Positions 43,544-53,626 of a stretch of DNA of 64,000 nucleotides are shown one piece after another; the stretch's first letter is position 1, and every line of letters starts with the position of its first letter. Where the stretch lies: assembly GCA_040290255.1 (NCBI GenBank), contig PSMU01000002.1:64001-128000 (forward strand). The letters are read 5' to 3'. The notes under the pieces were generated by a model, which did no database searches, was not told where the DNA came from, and saw only the letters and a list, made by a program, of their open reading frames with translations. The translations under genes were made by a program, and so were the position numbers. The DNA is from Nitrososphaerota archaeon (GTDB lineage Archaea > Thermoproteota > Nitrososphaeria > PSMU01).

Positions 43544-45199
43544 TTACCGCCTCACACACCTTATGCCGGCCAGCGCTTCCCCCAGCGATGCATTCACGGC
43601 CAGGATAAGGAAGAGCGAGGGCAGCCCCAACGTCAGCGCCTCCAGCACCCTCGCCAAGTTGGCCACTACGAGCCTCCTCCTGGAGGGCCTCGCCCCGCCC
43701 TTGGCCACCACGCGTAGGCCCAACAGGAACTTGCCCGCCGTGCTACCGCTCAGGACCTCCGCCAGCAGGCCATAGGCTATCCAGATGGCCGCGAAGAGCG
43801 CGAGGGCCAAAGGGGCTAGCAGCAATGTGAAAGAGACGAGCCCGTCCAAGGCGGAGGCGTAACCCGATAGTCCGAAGAGCGAGGAGAGCGTTATAGAAGC
43901 GGCGATTATGTAAAGGTCCCCTGCAAGAAGTAGGTCCACCAGCGAGGCCATCAGCCTCCTGGGCCTACCAGCTCTCTTTGCACCTCCCCAGGCCAGCAGG
44001 CCAGCGAGCAGCAGATATGGGGCTCCGGTGGCCTCGGAGCCCGGCCTCCCCAACTCGAACAGCAGCTGGAGCTCCTTTAGGGGGTTGGGCAGGCGAAGCC
44101 TGAGCGGAGAAGGCAGCGAGCAGGGGGGCGGAACGTCGCCCCTCCCCATACCATCTGAGCAGTCGCCCAGGCCCGTGCCGTCGCTCCAGTAGTCCAGGCC
44201 GTTGGCCGCGAAGCGATTGGCCAGGAATACGTTTCCCGTGGGCGGATAGAAGAAGAACCACTCCGCAATGGCCCACTTCTCATGGCCGACGAGCGTGTTA
44301 TTCCTTATCACGTTTCCAAAGGCACCAACCAGCATGATGCCCGTGCCTATGGGCACGCCGTAGGTCTCCGAGATGCCCACCCCTTTTACCGTGCGGTTGT
44401 TGTTATAGGCGATGTAGTTCCCCTCGATCGTATGGTTGTAGGCATATAGCGGCAGGCGCCAGCGGCCCAGCAGCAGCGAAGCTATATCGGGCAGCAGCGT
44501 GTTCGGCCCGATGCCCACCGAATTATTGACGAAGGTGGAGTAGCGTATGATGACCCCGCCGGCCCTGGTGCCGCTGTACCCCAGCGTATTCCCCGAGGCC
44601 AGGGAGCGTTCTATCACGCAGTTGCAGTTCGAGACCTCGCCTATATAAAAGCCGGAATCGCCGCTGCCGCGCGCTATATCGTTGGCCATGCGCCCCTCCC
44701 TGCTGGCTATCGCGTAGAGCCCATAGATCCTGTTGTTCAGCGAGGTTATGTTGCTCATCTCCCACCGGTCCGAGCGCACGATCATGACGCCCGTCCCCGC
44801 GTAGTTGCGCACCGTCAGGTTGCCTATGGTGATGCCGTAGGCATTGACGGCCGTGATGCCGTTGGCGAGCTGCCCCCCTCCATCGAGGATGACGCTCTCC
44901 CTATCCTCTCCCAAGATGGTCAGCCAGGGCTTATCGATGAAGACCGATTCGCGGTACACCCCCTGCGCGATGAGGATCCTATCGCCCGGCCTCGCATCCT
45001 TCACGGCCGCACTGATGTTGTAATAGGGGCCAGCCTTTGAAACAAAGAGTGTGCGCCCCTCGGGGGGCTTTGGCACGGGCTGGGGCTCCGCTTCCACCTC
45101 GGCCGGCGCCGAGGCGGAAAAGATGTGCTGCGCGATAAGAGCGTAGGGCAGCAGGATGAGGAGGAGGATCGCCGCCCTGGCCACGGCCCCGCCCGCCAC
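43544..45199 (-). CDS. Membrane-anchored right-handed beta-helix (NosD-like) protein fused to a C-terminal RDD domain
   Basis: N-terminal TM, GDRILIAQGVYRE, parallel beta-helix repeats, then RRLMASLVD...TAGKFLLGLRVV (RDD). SD GAGGTGA precedes GTG 45199. Confidence 0.72.
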   Translation of the reverse strand: MAGGAVARAAILLLILLPYALIAQHIFSASAPAEVEAEPQPVPKPPEGRTLFVSKAGPYYNISAAVKDARPGDRILIAQGVYRESVFIDKPWLTILGEDRESVILDGGGQLANGITAVNAYGITIGNLTVRNYAGTGVMIVRSDRWEMSNITSLNNRIYGLYAIASREGRMANDIARGSGDSGFYIGEVSNCNCVIERSLASGNTLGYSGTRAGGVIIRYSTFVNNSVGIGPNTLLPDIASLLLGRWRLPLYAYNHTIEGNYIAYNNNRTVKGVGISETYGVPIGTGIMLVGAFGNVIRNNTLVGHEKWAIAEWFFFYPPTGNVFLANRFAANGLDYWSDGTGLGDCSDGMGRGDVPPPCSLPSPLRLRLPNPLKELQLLFELGRPGSEATGAPYLLLAGLLAWGGAKRAGRPRRLMASLVDLLLAGDLYIIAASITLSSLFGLSGYASALDGLVSFTLLLAPLALALFAAIWIAYGLLAEVLSGSTAGKFLLGLRVVAKGGARPSRRRLVVANLARVLEALTLGLPSLFLILAVNASLGEALAGIRCVRR

Positions 45200-45277
45200 G
45201 ACTTCACCTCTAAGGTTACACATAAGAGGTTTGCGAGGCCAGGCAAAGCTATAAGGCGCCCTTCTCCTCTCGAAGCG

Positions 45278-46399
45278 ATGCTCCCTCAGCGCGGCGAGGG
45301 GGGCAAGGTCATCCTCTGCGTGGACATGGATTACTTCTACGCTCAGTGTGAGCAGCTGAGGAATCCGGCGCTGGCCTCCGTGCCCGTCGTCATCTGCGTT
45401 TTCTCCTCCCGGGGGAAGGATAGCGGCGCCGTGGCCACGGCGAACTATGTCGCCAGAAGGTACGGAGTAAAGTCCGGCATGCCCATCGCTAGGGCGAAAA
45501 GCCTGCTCAAGGGGGTGTCCGAGGCCGTCTTCTTGCCGGCGGCCTTCGATTACTACGAGCTCATCTCCGCGAGGGTCATGGAGCTGCTGCGCGCGGAGGC
45601 CGATGCCTTCGAGCAGGTCAGCGTGGATGAGGCCTTCTTGGACGTGACGCGCAGGGCCGAGGGCAGCCTCGAGAGGGGGCTGGCGCAGGCGGCGAGCCTG
45701 AAGAGCGCGCTGCGCTCCAACCTGGGCCTCACCTGCACGGTGGGTGTAGGCCCCACCAAGCTCCTCTCGAAGATGGCGGCCAACCTGGCAAAGCCCGATG
45801 GCCTGCTAAAGCTCGCCTACGATGATGTGCCGCAGAAGCTCTGGCCGCTGCCCGTGGAGGCGCTCTATGGAATAGGCAAGAAGACCGCAGCGAGGCTGAG
45901 GGAGCTGGGGCTGGGCACCATAGGCGACCTCGCGAGGGCGGACGTGAACCTCTTGAAGGAGGCCTTCGGCAAAGCCCTGGGCACCTACCTTTACCTGGCC
46001 GCCAACGGCACGTATGAAGAGCCTCTGCGCACGGTGCCCAAGGTAGAGTCCATCAGCCGTATCACCACGCTGAGGGAGGATGCGACCTCCGCGGGCCAGG
46101 TGGAGCAGGAGCTCGAGCAGCTCTGCAGGCAGGTGCATGAGAGGGTCGTCAGGGAGGGCTGGACCTTCAGGACGGTCGGCCTCATCTTCGTGATGGAGGA
46201 CCTATCGATAAGGACCAGGAGCAGGAGCCTGGAAACGAGCACCGACAGCCTTGAGGTCCTGCTGCAGGAGGCCAGGCAGCTCTGCGGGGAGTTCTTCAAC
46301 GAAGCCAGGATGCCCGTCAGGAGGTTGGGCGTTAAGGTGGCCTCGCTCTCCAAGGCGGAGGGCCAGGCTCGGCTAACTCAGTTCATGAGCGGGAATTAG
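45278..46399 (+). CDS. dinB: Y-family DNA polymerase IV (Dpo4/Dbh)
   Basis: VDMDYFYAQ, ANY.AR.YGVKSGMP, SVDEAFLD, KPDG and GIG. ATG 45278 follows CTATAA. Confidence 0.93.
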   Translation: MLPQRGEGGKVILCVDMDYFYAQCEQLRNPALASVPVVICVFSSRGKDSGAVATANYVARRYGVKSGMPIARAKSLLKGVSEAVFLPAAFDYYELISARVMELLRAEADAFEQVSVDEAFLDVTRRAEGSLERGLAQAASLKSALRSNLGLTCTVGVGPTKLLSKMAANLAKPDGLLKLAYDDVPQKLWPLPVEALYGIGKKTAARLRELGLGTIGDLARADVNLLKEAFGKALGTYLYLAANGTYEEPLRTVPKVESISRITTLREDATSAGQVEQELEQLCRQVHERVVREGWTFRTVGLIFVMEDLSIRTRSRSLETSTDSLEVLLQEARQLCGEFFNEARMPVRRLGVKVASLSKAEGQARLTQFMSGN

Positions 46400-46433
46400 A
46401 GCAGGCAAAATTTTTTATATCCATCTAAACAAG

Positions 46434-46447
46434 TTAGTTGAGGCTAA
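46434..46447. promoter_or_regulatory. Putative DtxR/MntR-type operator TTAG-N6-CTAA
   Basis: Palindrome TTAGTTGAGGCTAA just downstream of the TATA-like TTTTATAT (about 46412-19) and upstream of mntH. Confidence 0.5.
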
Positions 46448-46493
46448 TAACTGAGGCCTTCAACAATGAGCGAAGAGGCGGAGGTCATGGGCC

Positions 46494-47768
46494 ATGCCCC
46501 CTAGCAGCGTGAGGGCCACTTGGGCAAGGCTTCTCAGCCGGCGAGGCTACTGGAGCTTCTTTGGGCCGGCCGTGGTGACCAGCGTAGCATACATTGACCC
46601 GGGCAACTTTGGGACCGATATAGCCGCGGGCGCGGGCTTCGGGTATGCGCTGCTCTGGAGCGTGGTGCTCGCGAACCTAATGGCCATGCTCTTCCAGTAC
46701 CTCTCGGGCAAGGTGGGCTTAGCGACCGGAAGGTCGCTGGCCTCGCTCGTGCGTGAGAGGCTGGGCGGAAGGCATAGGATCGTGGCCTACTGGCTTGCCT
46801 CCGAGAGCTTCGCGCTGGCCACGGACCTCGCCGAGTTCCTGGGCGTGGCCCTAGCGATTCACCTGCTGCTGGGCCTCCCTCTGCTCTACGCGGCGTGGAT
46901 CGCGGCCTTCGACGTGCTCCTCCTCTTCGCCCTGGCGGGGCCCAGACTCGCCCGGCTCCGCCTGCTGATCTCTTTGCTGGTGGCAGGCGTGGGCCTGGGC
47001 TATGTCTACGAGCTGGCCATCACCAGGCCCTCCTGGCCCCAGGCGCTCGAGCATATACTGATCCCCAGGCTAGGAGGGTATGACACGACGCTGCTCGTGG
47101 TGGGCATCATAGGGGCCACGGTGATGCCCCATGCCCTGGTCGTCCACTCCTGGCTCACGGCCAAGAAGGCGAGCGAGGGCACAGGCAGGCCTCAGCTCTT
47201 AAAGTATCACCTGTGGGATACCGTGGCGAACTTTGGCGTGGCGGGCCTCATCAATATGGCCATACTCATGATGGCCGCCGCGGCATTTTACTTTAACGGC
47301 CTCGATGTGGCTACGATGGAGGAGGCCTACCGCACGCTCTCTCCGCTGTTCGGCCCGGCCGCGGCCGTCGTCTTTGCGCTCACCCTTCTCTTCTCGGGCC
47401 TTTCATCCTCCACGGTCGGCGTCCTCGCCGGCCAGGCGCTCCTGGAGGACCTCTTGGGCTCTAGGTTGAACGTCTGGCTGCGCCGCATCATAATAAGGGT
47501 CGTCAACGTCGTGCCCACGAGCCTGGCCATCATGGCGGGCGTGAAGCCTCTCATGGTGCTCGTGTACAGCCAGGTGGTGCTGAGCCTGCTCATACCCCTG
47601 CCCCTCGTGCCGCTGCTGCTCTTTACCTCCGATAGAAGGCTCATGGGCGAGCATGTGAACTCGCGCATCACCAGCGCCCTGGCGCTCTTAAGCGCGCTGG
47701 TCGTGCTGTTCCTCAACGCGTATCTGCTCTTGCTCATCGCCCAGGGAAAGGCCCTGGCCGCGGGCTAG
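46494..47768 (+). CDS. mntH: Nramp-family divalent metal transporter
   Basis: AYIDPGN, GATVMPH and TVGVLAGQ; GGAGGT SD. Confidence 0.93.
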   Translation: MPPSSVRATWARLLSRRGYWSFFGPAVVTSVAYIDPGNFGTDIAAGAGFGYALLWSVVLANLMAMLFQYLSGKVGLATGRSLASLVRERLGGRHRIVAYWLASESFALATDLAEFLGVALAIHLLLGLPLLYAAWIAAFDVLLLFALAGPRLARLRLLISLLVAGVGLGYVYELAITRPSWPQALEHILIPRLGGYDTTLLVVGIIGATVMPHALVVHSWLTAKKASEGTGRPQLLKYHLWDTVANFGVAGLINMAILMMAAAAFYFNGLDVATMEEAYRTLSPLFGPAAAVVFALTLLFSGLSSSTVGVLAGQALLEDLLGSRLNVWLRRIIIRVVNVVPTSLAIMAGVKPLMVLVYSQVVLSLLIPLPLVPLLLFTSDRRLMGEHVNSRITSALALLSALVVLFLNAYLLLLIAQGKALAAG

Positions 47769-47802
47769 CAAGGGTTAATAGAGGGCTGACCTCGGGCGCG
47801 AT

Positions 47803-49053
47803 ATGAGCTCCGCCGAGATAGTTGCCAGGACGCTCAGGCGCGTGCCCGATACGACCTTCGCCTACCCCCTGGTGATCAGGGGGGGCAAGGGCTGCTTCCT
47901 GGAGGACGTAGAGGGCCGCAGATATCTTGACTTTACGTCCAACGTGGCCACGTGCCCCATAGGGTATGGCCATCCAGAGGTGGCCGAGGTGATAAGAAGG
48001 TATGCCTCTCTGGGGGCCCATAAGGTAGCCGGCCAGGACTTCTACACCGAGGAGCAGGTGCTGCTGGCCGATAAGCTGCTCTCCATCTCGCCGCCCAACC
48101 TGTCCAAGGCCTTCTTCGTGAACAGCGGGGCCGAGGCCAATGAAAATGCCATGAAGCTGGCCTATAGGCTCAGGAGCCTTAGCATGGGCATCGATCCCAA
48201 CGAGCTGGCCGGCGTATCCTGCCACGGCGCCTTTCATGGTAGGACGCTGGGAGCCCTCACCTTTACGTTCAGCAAGCCGGTCCAGAAGAAGGGCTATCCC
48301 GAGTTGAGGGCGAAGCGCATTCACTTTTGCACCGAGGATGATGACGAGAGGATCACCGAGATCTCCTCTCTTTTGGAGCGCGAGGCAGACAGGATAGCCT
48401 TTGTGATCCTGGAGCTCGTCCAGGGGGAGGGAGGATACAACTTCGCCTCCAAGAGGTTCGTGAAGGAGGTCAGGAGCAGCACGCAGCGCTACGGCGTGCC
48501 GCTGATCATCGATGAGGTGCAGACGGGCCTGGGCCGCACGGGGCGCTGGTGGGCCCTAGAGCATTACGGCATCACGGCGGAGCTCGTGACCGTGGCGAAG
48601 GGCCTGCAGGTGGGCGCGGCGCTCTTTGAGGAGCGCTTTGACCCGAAGGAGAGGGGCGCCATCTCCAGCACCTGGGGCGGCGGCGACCGCATAGATATGA
48701 TGGTGGGCCTTAAGACCATAGAGATAATAGAGAGGGAGCGCCTGCTGGAGAACGCGCGGAAGGTAGGGCAGTACATCCTGAGGAGGTTAGAGGAGATGGC
48801 GCGGGCCCATGAGGGGCTCGTGAGGAAGCCTAGGGGGCTGGGCCTGATGGTAGCCTTCGACCTGCCCGATGAGAAGATGAGGGATAGGCTCGAAATGGAG
48901 GCCTTCAGGGACGGGCTGCTGCTCCTGGGCTGTGGGGAGAGCACGATACGAATAATTCCGCCGCTGATCATCAGCGAGGAGGAGGCGGAGATGGGCCTGA
49001 CGATAATTGAGCGGGAGCTCAGGAAGCTGGCGCCGGAGCTTAAGGCGGCCTAG
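47803..49053 (+). CDS. Class III aminotransferase (GABA/lysine epsilon-aminotransferase-like)
   Basis: NSGAEANENA, AFHGRT, QGEGG, DEVQTG, VAKG and SSTWGGG. Confidence 0.88.
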   Translation: MSSAEIVARTLRRVPDTTFAYPLVIRGGKGCFLEDVEGRRYLDFTSNVATCPIGYGHPEVAEVIRRYASLGAHKVAGQDFYTEEQVLLADKLLSISPPNLSKAFFVNSGAEANENAMKLAYRLRSLSMGIDPNELAGVSCHGAFHGRTLGALTFTFSKPVQKKGYPELRAKRIHFCTEDDDERITEISSLLEREADRIAFVILELVQGEGGYNFASKRFVKEVRSSTQRYGVPLIIDEVQTGLGRTGRWWALEHYGITAELVTVAKGLQVGAALFEERFDPKERGAISSTWGGGDRIDMMVGLKTIEIIERERLLENARKVGQYILRRLEEMARAHEGLVRKPRGLGLMVAFDLPDEKMRDRLEMEAFRDGLLLLGCGESTIRIIPPLIISEEEAEMGLTIIERELRKLAPELKAA

Positions 49054-49690
49054 GTTGCCGGTGCAATTCCGACAGGAGCTGAATGGCCTCCTCATCGCTC
49101 ACGGGCGGAAAGCTTCTGTAGAACTCGCCCACCGCAAAGAAGGGCTCCGGCGTGTAAAGGTAGATAACATCATCCGCCTCCTCCCGCAGGATGCCTAGCA
49201 CCTCCTTGGGCAGCACCGGCACGGCGAGCAGGAGGCGCGAAGGAGCCCCCTTTCTGGCAAGCCTTATGGCCGCCCTGACCGTTGCGCCCGTGGCCACGCC
49301 ATCATCCACGAGCACCACCGTCCTGCCGCCCAGCTGCGGCAGGGGCGCCCCGCGCCGAAGCTTTAGGGCCAGGCTCCTCGCCTGCTCGGCCAGCTCCCTT
49401 ATCCTCGCCTGCAGGTATTCATTCGATATGCCGAAGCCCGAGGCCAGCTGCTCGTCGACGTAATATGAACCATCTTCGGCCACCGCCCCCAGCGCCAGCT
49501 CTGGGTTGAAGGGCGCGCCCAGCTTCCTTACGCCGAGGACGCTGGCCATGAGCCCTAGCTCCCTTGCCATATGATAGGCGACCACCACGCCGCCCCTTGG
49601 TATGGCCAGCAGCAGGGCATCGCCGCCCTTAAGTTGGCCCAAGAGGGCCGCCAGCCTGATCCCCGCCTCCTCCCGGTCGTTCAGCAGCAA
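49040..49690 (-). CDS. Phosphoribosyltransferase-family protein
   Basis: IPRGGV, RKLGAP.NPE and VVLVDDGVATG. Confidence 0.9.
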   Translation of the reverse strand: MLLNDREEAGIRLAALLGQLKGGDALLLAIPRGGVVVAYHMARELGLMASVLGVRKLGAPFNPELALGAVAEDGSYYVDEQLASGFGISNEYLQARIRELAEQARSLALKLRRGAPLPQLGGRTVVLVDDGVATGATVRAAIRLARKGAPSRLLLAVPVLPKEVLGILREEADDVIYLYTPEPFFAVGEFYRSFPPVSDEEAIQLLSELHRQPRPP

Positions 49691-49799
49691 ACCCCTCCAC
49701 CCTGCCCTAGGTGCGGGTCCCCTTGAACAGGGCTTTGCATAAGATTTCAGTTAGGCCCTATCGCTTTAAACTTATAAGCAGCGCTCCTGATCGCGCCAT

Positions 49800-52181
49800 G
49801 TGGAGGAGCTCGTAGTACCGCTACGCGCGCTCACCAGGGCCAGCGTGCCCATTGCGGGGGGCAAGGCGGCGAACCTTGGCGAGCTCCTGAAAGCGGGCTT
49901 CCCGGTGCCCGAGGGATTCGTCGTCACGGCCAATGCCTTCAGGAGGTTCCTCGCCTATAACCAGCTGGAGGGCAAGATAGCGGCGCTGTTGGAGGAGGTG
50001 CAGGCCCGGGAGCCCACGCCCGCGCTCCTGGAGGATGTGAGCCATCGGCTGCGGAAGCTCATCGTGAGCGCCCCAATGCCCCGAGAGCTCGAAGAGGCGA
50101 TCGTGCAGGCCTACAACGCGCTCAGCGATGAGCAGGGGGAGGCCGCGGCCTATGTAGCGGTGCGCTCTAGCGCCACGGCGGAGGATGCGCCCGACGCCAG
50201 CTTCGCCGGCCAGCAGGAGACCTACCTTAACGTCTCCAGCCCCGAGGGCGTGATCGAGAAGGTAAAGGTGACATGGAGCAGCGTCTTCACGCCGCGCTCC
50301 ATCTTTTACCGGCTTCAGAGGGGCATCTCATTACAGGAGATCACGACGAGCACGATCGTGCAGAAGATGGTGGATGCAAGGTCTGCGGGCGTGATGTTCA
50401 CGCTCAACCCCGTTACGGGGGATGATTCACAGCTCGTGATAGAATCCAACTGGGGCCTGGGCGAATCCGTGGCGGCCGGCCTAGTGACGCCCGACAGCTT
50501 CGTGGTGGACAAGGGCTCGCTGAAGATCTTAGAGCGAAGGATCAGCAGGAAGAAGGTCATGCACGTGCGCGACCCGAAGACGGGCAGGACGGTGCAGCAG
50601 GCCGTGCCCCAGGAGATGATGGAGAGGCCCTCGCTCACCGATGAGGAGGTCATTGCTTTGGCCGAGCTGGGCATCAGGATAGAGCGGCACTTTGGTAGGG
50701 CCATGGACGTCGAGTGGGCCATCGATAAGGGGAGGCCTTTCCCCTCAAACATCTTCATCCTGCAGGCGAGGCCTGAAACGGTCTGGAGCAGGAAGGAGCA
50801 AAGGAGGGAAGCCATAAGGCCCGCCCCCGAGGCTGAAGCGGCGGCCGCGGTGGTCCTCAAGGGAATACCGGCGAGCCCCGGCGTATATTCTGGGGCCGCC
50901 AAGGTCGTGGCCACGCCAGCGGAGGCGGCCGAGAAGATGACGAAGGGCGACATTCTCGTTACGAAGGCCACGAACCCCGACTGGGTGCCCTACATGCGCC
51001 TGGCGGGGGCGATCGTCACGGATGAGGGAGGCTATACCGCGCACGCGGCAATAGTTTCGCGGGAGCTCGGCATTCCCTGTGTCGTCGGCACCCAGAAGGC
51101 CACGGAGCTGATGAAGACGGGTAAGGTTTATACGGTCGATGGGAAGGCCGGCCTCGTCTACGAGGGGGTAAAGGAGGAGCTGGTCAGGCCCGCGGAGAGA
51201 AGGCCTGAGGCGGGGCCCCCGCTGGTGGAGGTGCCCATCACGGGCACCAAGGTCTTCATGAACCTTGGCGTGCCGGATAAAATAGAGGAGTATGCACACC
51301 TGCCCTTCGACGGCATTGGCCTGATGAGGGTGGAGTTCATCATGGCCTCCTACATAGGCGACCACCCCAACTATATGATAGAGACGGGAAGGTCCCAGGA
51401 GTTCGTGGAGAGGATGGCCGAGGGCATCGCGAGGGTGGCGAGGGCCATCTATCCCAGGCCCGTCGTGGTCAGGTTCAGCGACTTCAAGACCAACGAATAC
51501 GCCCAGTTGAGGGGAGGGGAGAGCTACGAGCCCAAGGAGGACAATCCCATGCTGGGCTGGAGGGGGGTGAGCCGCTACATCAGCAGGCAATACGAGAAGG
51601 CCTTCAGGCTGGAGTGCAGGGCCATAAGGAAGTGCAGGGAGGAACTGGGCCTGAGGAACGTCTGGGTCATGCTGCCCTTCGTCAGGACCACCTGGGAGGT
51701 GGAGAGGTGCCTTACGCTGCTGGAGGAGGAGGGCCTGAAGAGGGGGCCCGACTTCAAGGTCTGGCTGATGGCGGAGGTGCCCAGCGTGATCTTCCTTGCG
51801 GACAGGTTCGCCAAGCTCTGCGACGGCTTCAGCATAGGCAGCAACGACCTTACGCAGCTCATCCTCGGCGTGGACAGGGACAGCCAGCTGCTGCCCTCGC
51901 TGGACCCCAGGTACTTTGATGAGAGGGATGAGGCGGTCCGGAGGGCCATCTCCCACCTGATTAGCGTGGCCCACGAGCATGGCGTCACCGTCTCCATCTG
52001 CGGGCAGGCCCCCTCACAGTATCCCGACTTCACCGAGTTCCTCATAAGGCAGGGCATCGACAGCATCAGCGTGAACCCCGACGTCGTCGTTCAGACCAGG
52101 AGGCTCGTCGCCAGCGCCGAGCGGCGCGTGCTCCTCGAGAAGGCCCTATCACAGGGGAAGGACCCCGAGCACTTAGGCTGA
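49800..52181 (+). CDS. ppsA: Phosphoenolpyruvate synthase
   Basis: GGKAANLGE, VRSSATAED, TAHAAIVSRELG, ENPMLGWRG-like motif and SIGSNDLTQ. Confidence 0.96.
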   Translation: MEELVVPLRALTRASVPIAGGKAANLGELLKAGFPVPEGFVVTANAFRRFLAYNQLEGKIAALLEEVQAREPTPALLEDVSHRLRKLIVSAPMPRELEEAIVQAYNALSDEQGEAAAYVAVRSSATAEDAPDASFAGQQETYLNVSSPEGVIEKVKVTWSSVFTPRSIFYRLQRGISLQEITTSTIVQKMVDARSAGVMFTLNPVTGDDSQLVIESNWGLGESVAAGLVTPDSFVVDKGSLKILERRISRKKVMHVRDPKTGRTVQQAVPQEMMERPSLTDEEVIALAELGIRIERHFGRAMDVEWAIDKGRPFPSNIFILQARPETVWSRKEQRREAIRPAPEAEAAAAVVLKGIPASPGVYSGAAKVVATPAEAAEKMTKGDILVTKATNPDWVPYMRLAGAIVTDEGGYTAHAAIVSRELGIPCVVGTQKATELMKTGKVYTVDGKAGLVYEGVKEELVRPAERRPEAGPPLVEVPITGTKVFMNLGVPDKIEEYAHLPFDGIGLMRVEFIMASYIGDHPNYMIETGRSQEFVERMAEGIARVARAIYPRPVVVRFSDFKTNEYAQLRGGESYEPKEDNPMLGWRGVSRYISRQYEKAFRLECRAIRKCREELGLRNVWVMLPFVRTTWEVERCLTLLEEEGLKRGPDFKVWLMAEVPSVIFLADRFAKLCDGFSIGSNDLTQLILGVDRDSQLLPSLDPRYFDERDEAVRRAISHLISVAHEHGVTVSICGQAPSQYPDFTEFLIRQGIDSISVNPDVVVQTRRLVASAERRVLLEKALSQGKDPEHLG

Positions 52182-52221
52182 GGCTAGAAGCTATAAATAT
52201 CATGATCCCGAGCCTGATGCT

Positions 52222-52509
52222 GTGAGTAGGGATCAAGCAGTTGGTGCCTTGGTGCTGGTCGTGAGCATTGCCGCGCTCATCGCATACATCTGGCTCCTCT
52301 TCTTCTCCGAGTTTTACCTCTTCGTCATCAAGCTCACGGCGCTGGTGGCCGTAGGAGGACTGCTGGGCATCCTGGCCTGGATCGGCTACACGCTGGCCAC
52401 AACGCCTCCCCCTCCGCCGCTGGAGGAGCTAGAAAAGGAGGTCATGGCTGAGACACAGCCAAGCCAGGGAACGGCCGAGGAGAAGAAGGAGAAGCAGGAG
52501 CAGCAGTAA
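52222..52509 (+). CDS. Small two-TM conserved archaeal membrane protein
   Basis: Two hydrophobic helices, WIGYTLATTPPP and an acidic tail; TATAAATA upstream. Confidence 0.78.
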   Translation: MSRDQAVGALVLVVSIAALIAYIWLLFFSEFYLFVIKLTALVAVGGLLGILAWIGYTLATTPPPPPLEELEKEVMAETQPSQGTAEEKKEKQEQQ

Positions 52510-52518
52510 GTTAGTCCG

Positions 52519-53502
52519 CTATAGCGGCGTCGCCATTATATTTTCGTCCTTCCTTACGGGCACATCGACGCCTTCGACGCCCAGCTCGGGTATGGAGGGA
52601 ACCTGAACGCCCACCTCCTCCAGCTTGCCCCTATGCTTCTCGATCGCCTTGGCCCAGGCTTCGCCCCTCTCCTCTACGGTGGGAACTCCCAGCCCTCCCT
52701 GCCGGGCCAGCTCCTCGAGCTTCTGGTCCACCTCCCAGAAGTCCGCGGGAAGCCTCCAGAACTCGCCCACGGGCTTATACAAGAGAGGCGAGAGGTAGAT
52801 GAAGCCGTGCTTCATCTGCCTCGTCACCATGAGGCGCCTCTTGGGGTCCATGCTGCCGGCGAGCCTCTCGAGCAGGGCCAGCGTGCCCATGAGGTGCCTA
52901 GTTTCATCCCTGGTGATATGCGTGAAGGCCTGGCTGTAGGTCTTCAGCTTGGACCTCTCGCCCACCTCCCTAAAGATGAGCTGGGCCCCTATTTCGGCGA
53001 AGAAGAAGCTGGAGAAGATGAGCTCCAGCGGGTACTTCTCCCAGGCCCTCTCGAAGGCCGCCCAATAGCGCCGGCCGTTCTCGTACATAACGTTGATGTT
53101 TCTGAGCGCCTTCTCCTCCAGCTCGCCCTGAGGCTTAAACCTGTACGGGAAGCCGGGGCAAAGCCTCGAGCACCCCCTCCTGCAAATTTCATCATGCCGG
53201 CATTCGTCGAAGGCCACGGCGGCCATGAACTTCTTCGTGGGGTCCTCTAGGTTATGTCTGCCCGCCTGCAGCGAGGCCTGCGCGAAGGCCCCTATGCCCG
53301 ACTTCTCAAAGAGCGCCAGCTTGGCCAGCCAGTAGGCCTGGCCCAGCGCCTGGGGCCTATCGAAGTTGCGCTGCTCCAGCTCCTCCCAGGGGAGCGCGAC
53401 GGGGCTCCAGTTCTGCGGGAACCAAAGCTCATAGGTGCGCAGCAGCTGAGGCGTTATCACATCCCAGTTGCCTGGGAAGATGTTGGGCCCCTCATCGGCC
53501 AT
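52519..53502 (-). CDS. Ferritin-like carboxylate di-metal protein (R2-like)
   Basis: Ligand pattern E (LFEK), DECRH, E (FAEI), DETRH. Confidence 0.78.
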   Translation of the reverse strand: MADEGPNIFPGNWDVITPQLLRTYELWFPQNWSPVALPWEELEQRNFDRPQALGQAYWLAKLALFEKSGIGAFAQASLQAGRHNLEDPTKKFMAAVAFDECRHDEICRRGCSRLCPGFPYRFKPQGELEEKALRNINVMYENGRRYWAAFERAWEKYPLELIFSSFFFAEIGAQLIFREVGERSKLKTYSQAFTHITRDETRHLMGTLALLERLAGSMDPKRRLMVTRQMKHGFIYLSPLLYKPVGEFWRLPADFWEVDQKLEELARQGGLGVPTVEERGEAWAKAIEKHRGKLEEVGVQVPSIPELGVEGVDVPVRKDENIMATPL

Positions 53503-53626
53503 GTTTAAGGGGATGCGGCCCGCGTTAAAAAGTTACCGCCTTCCCCAGCACTCTCCCTGATGCCTTCATGCCCTCCTAGCCGCAAAGGAGCACCGCGCGC
53601 TGACGAAAGGTTTTATTCTTGGGAGG

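Noticed and set aside
50745-51980. Long antisense ORFs (here and at e.g. 10278-11222, 15554-16579, 7181-8083)
   Set aside because: Expected stop-poor shadow frames opposite real genes in high-GC DNA.
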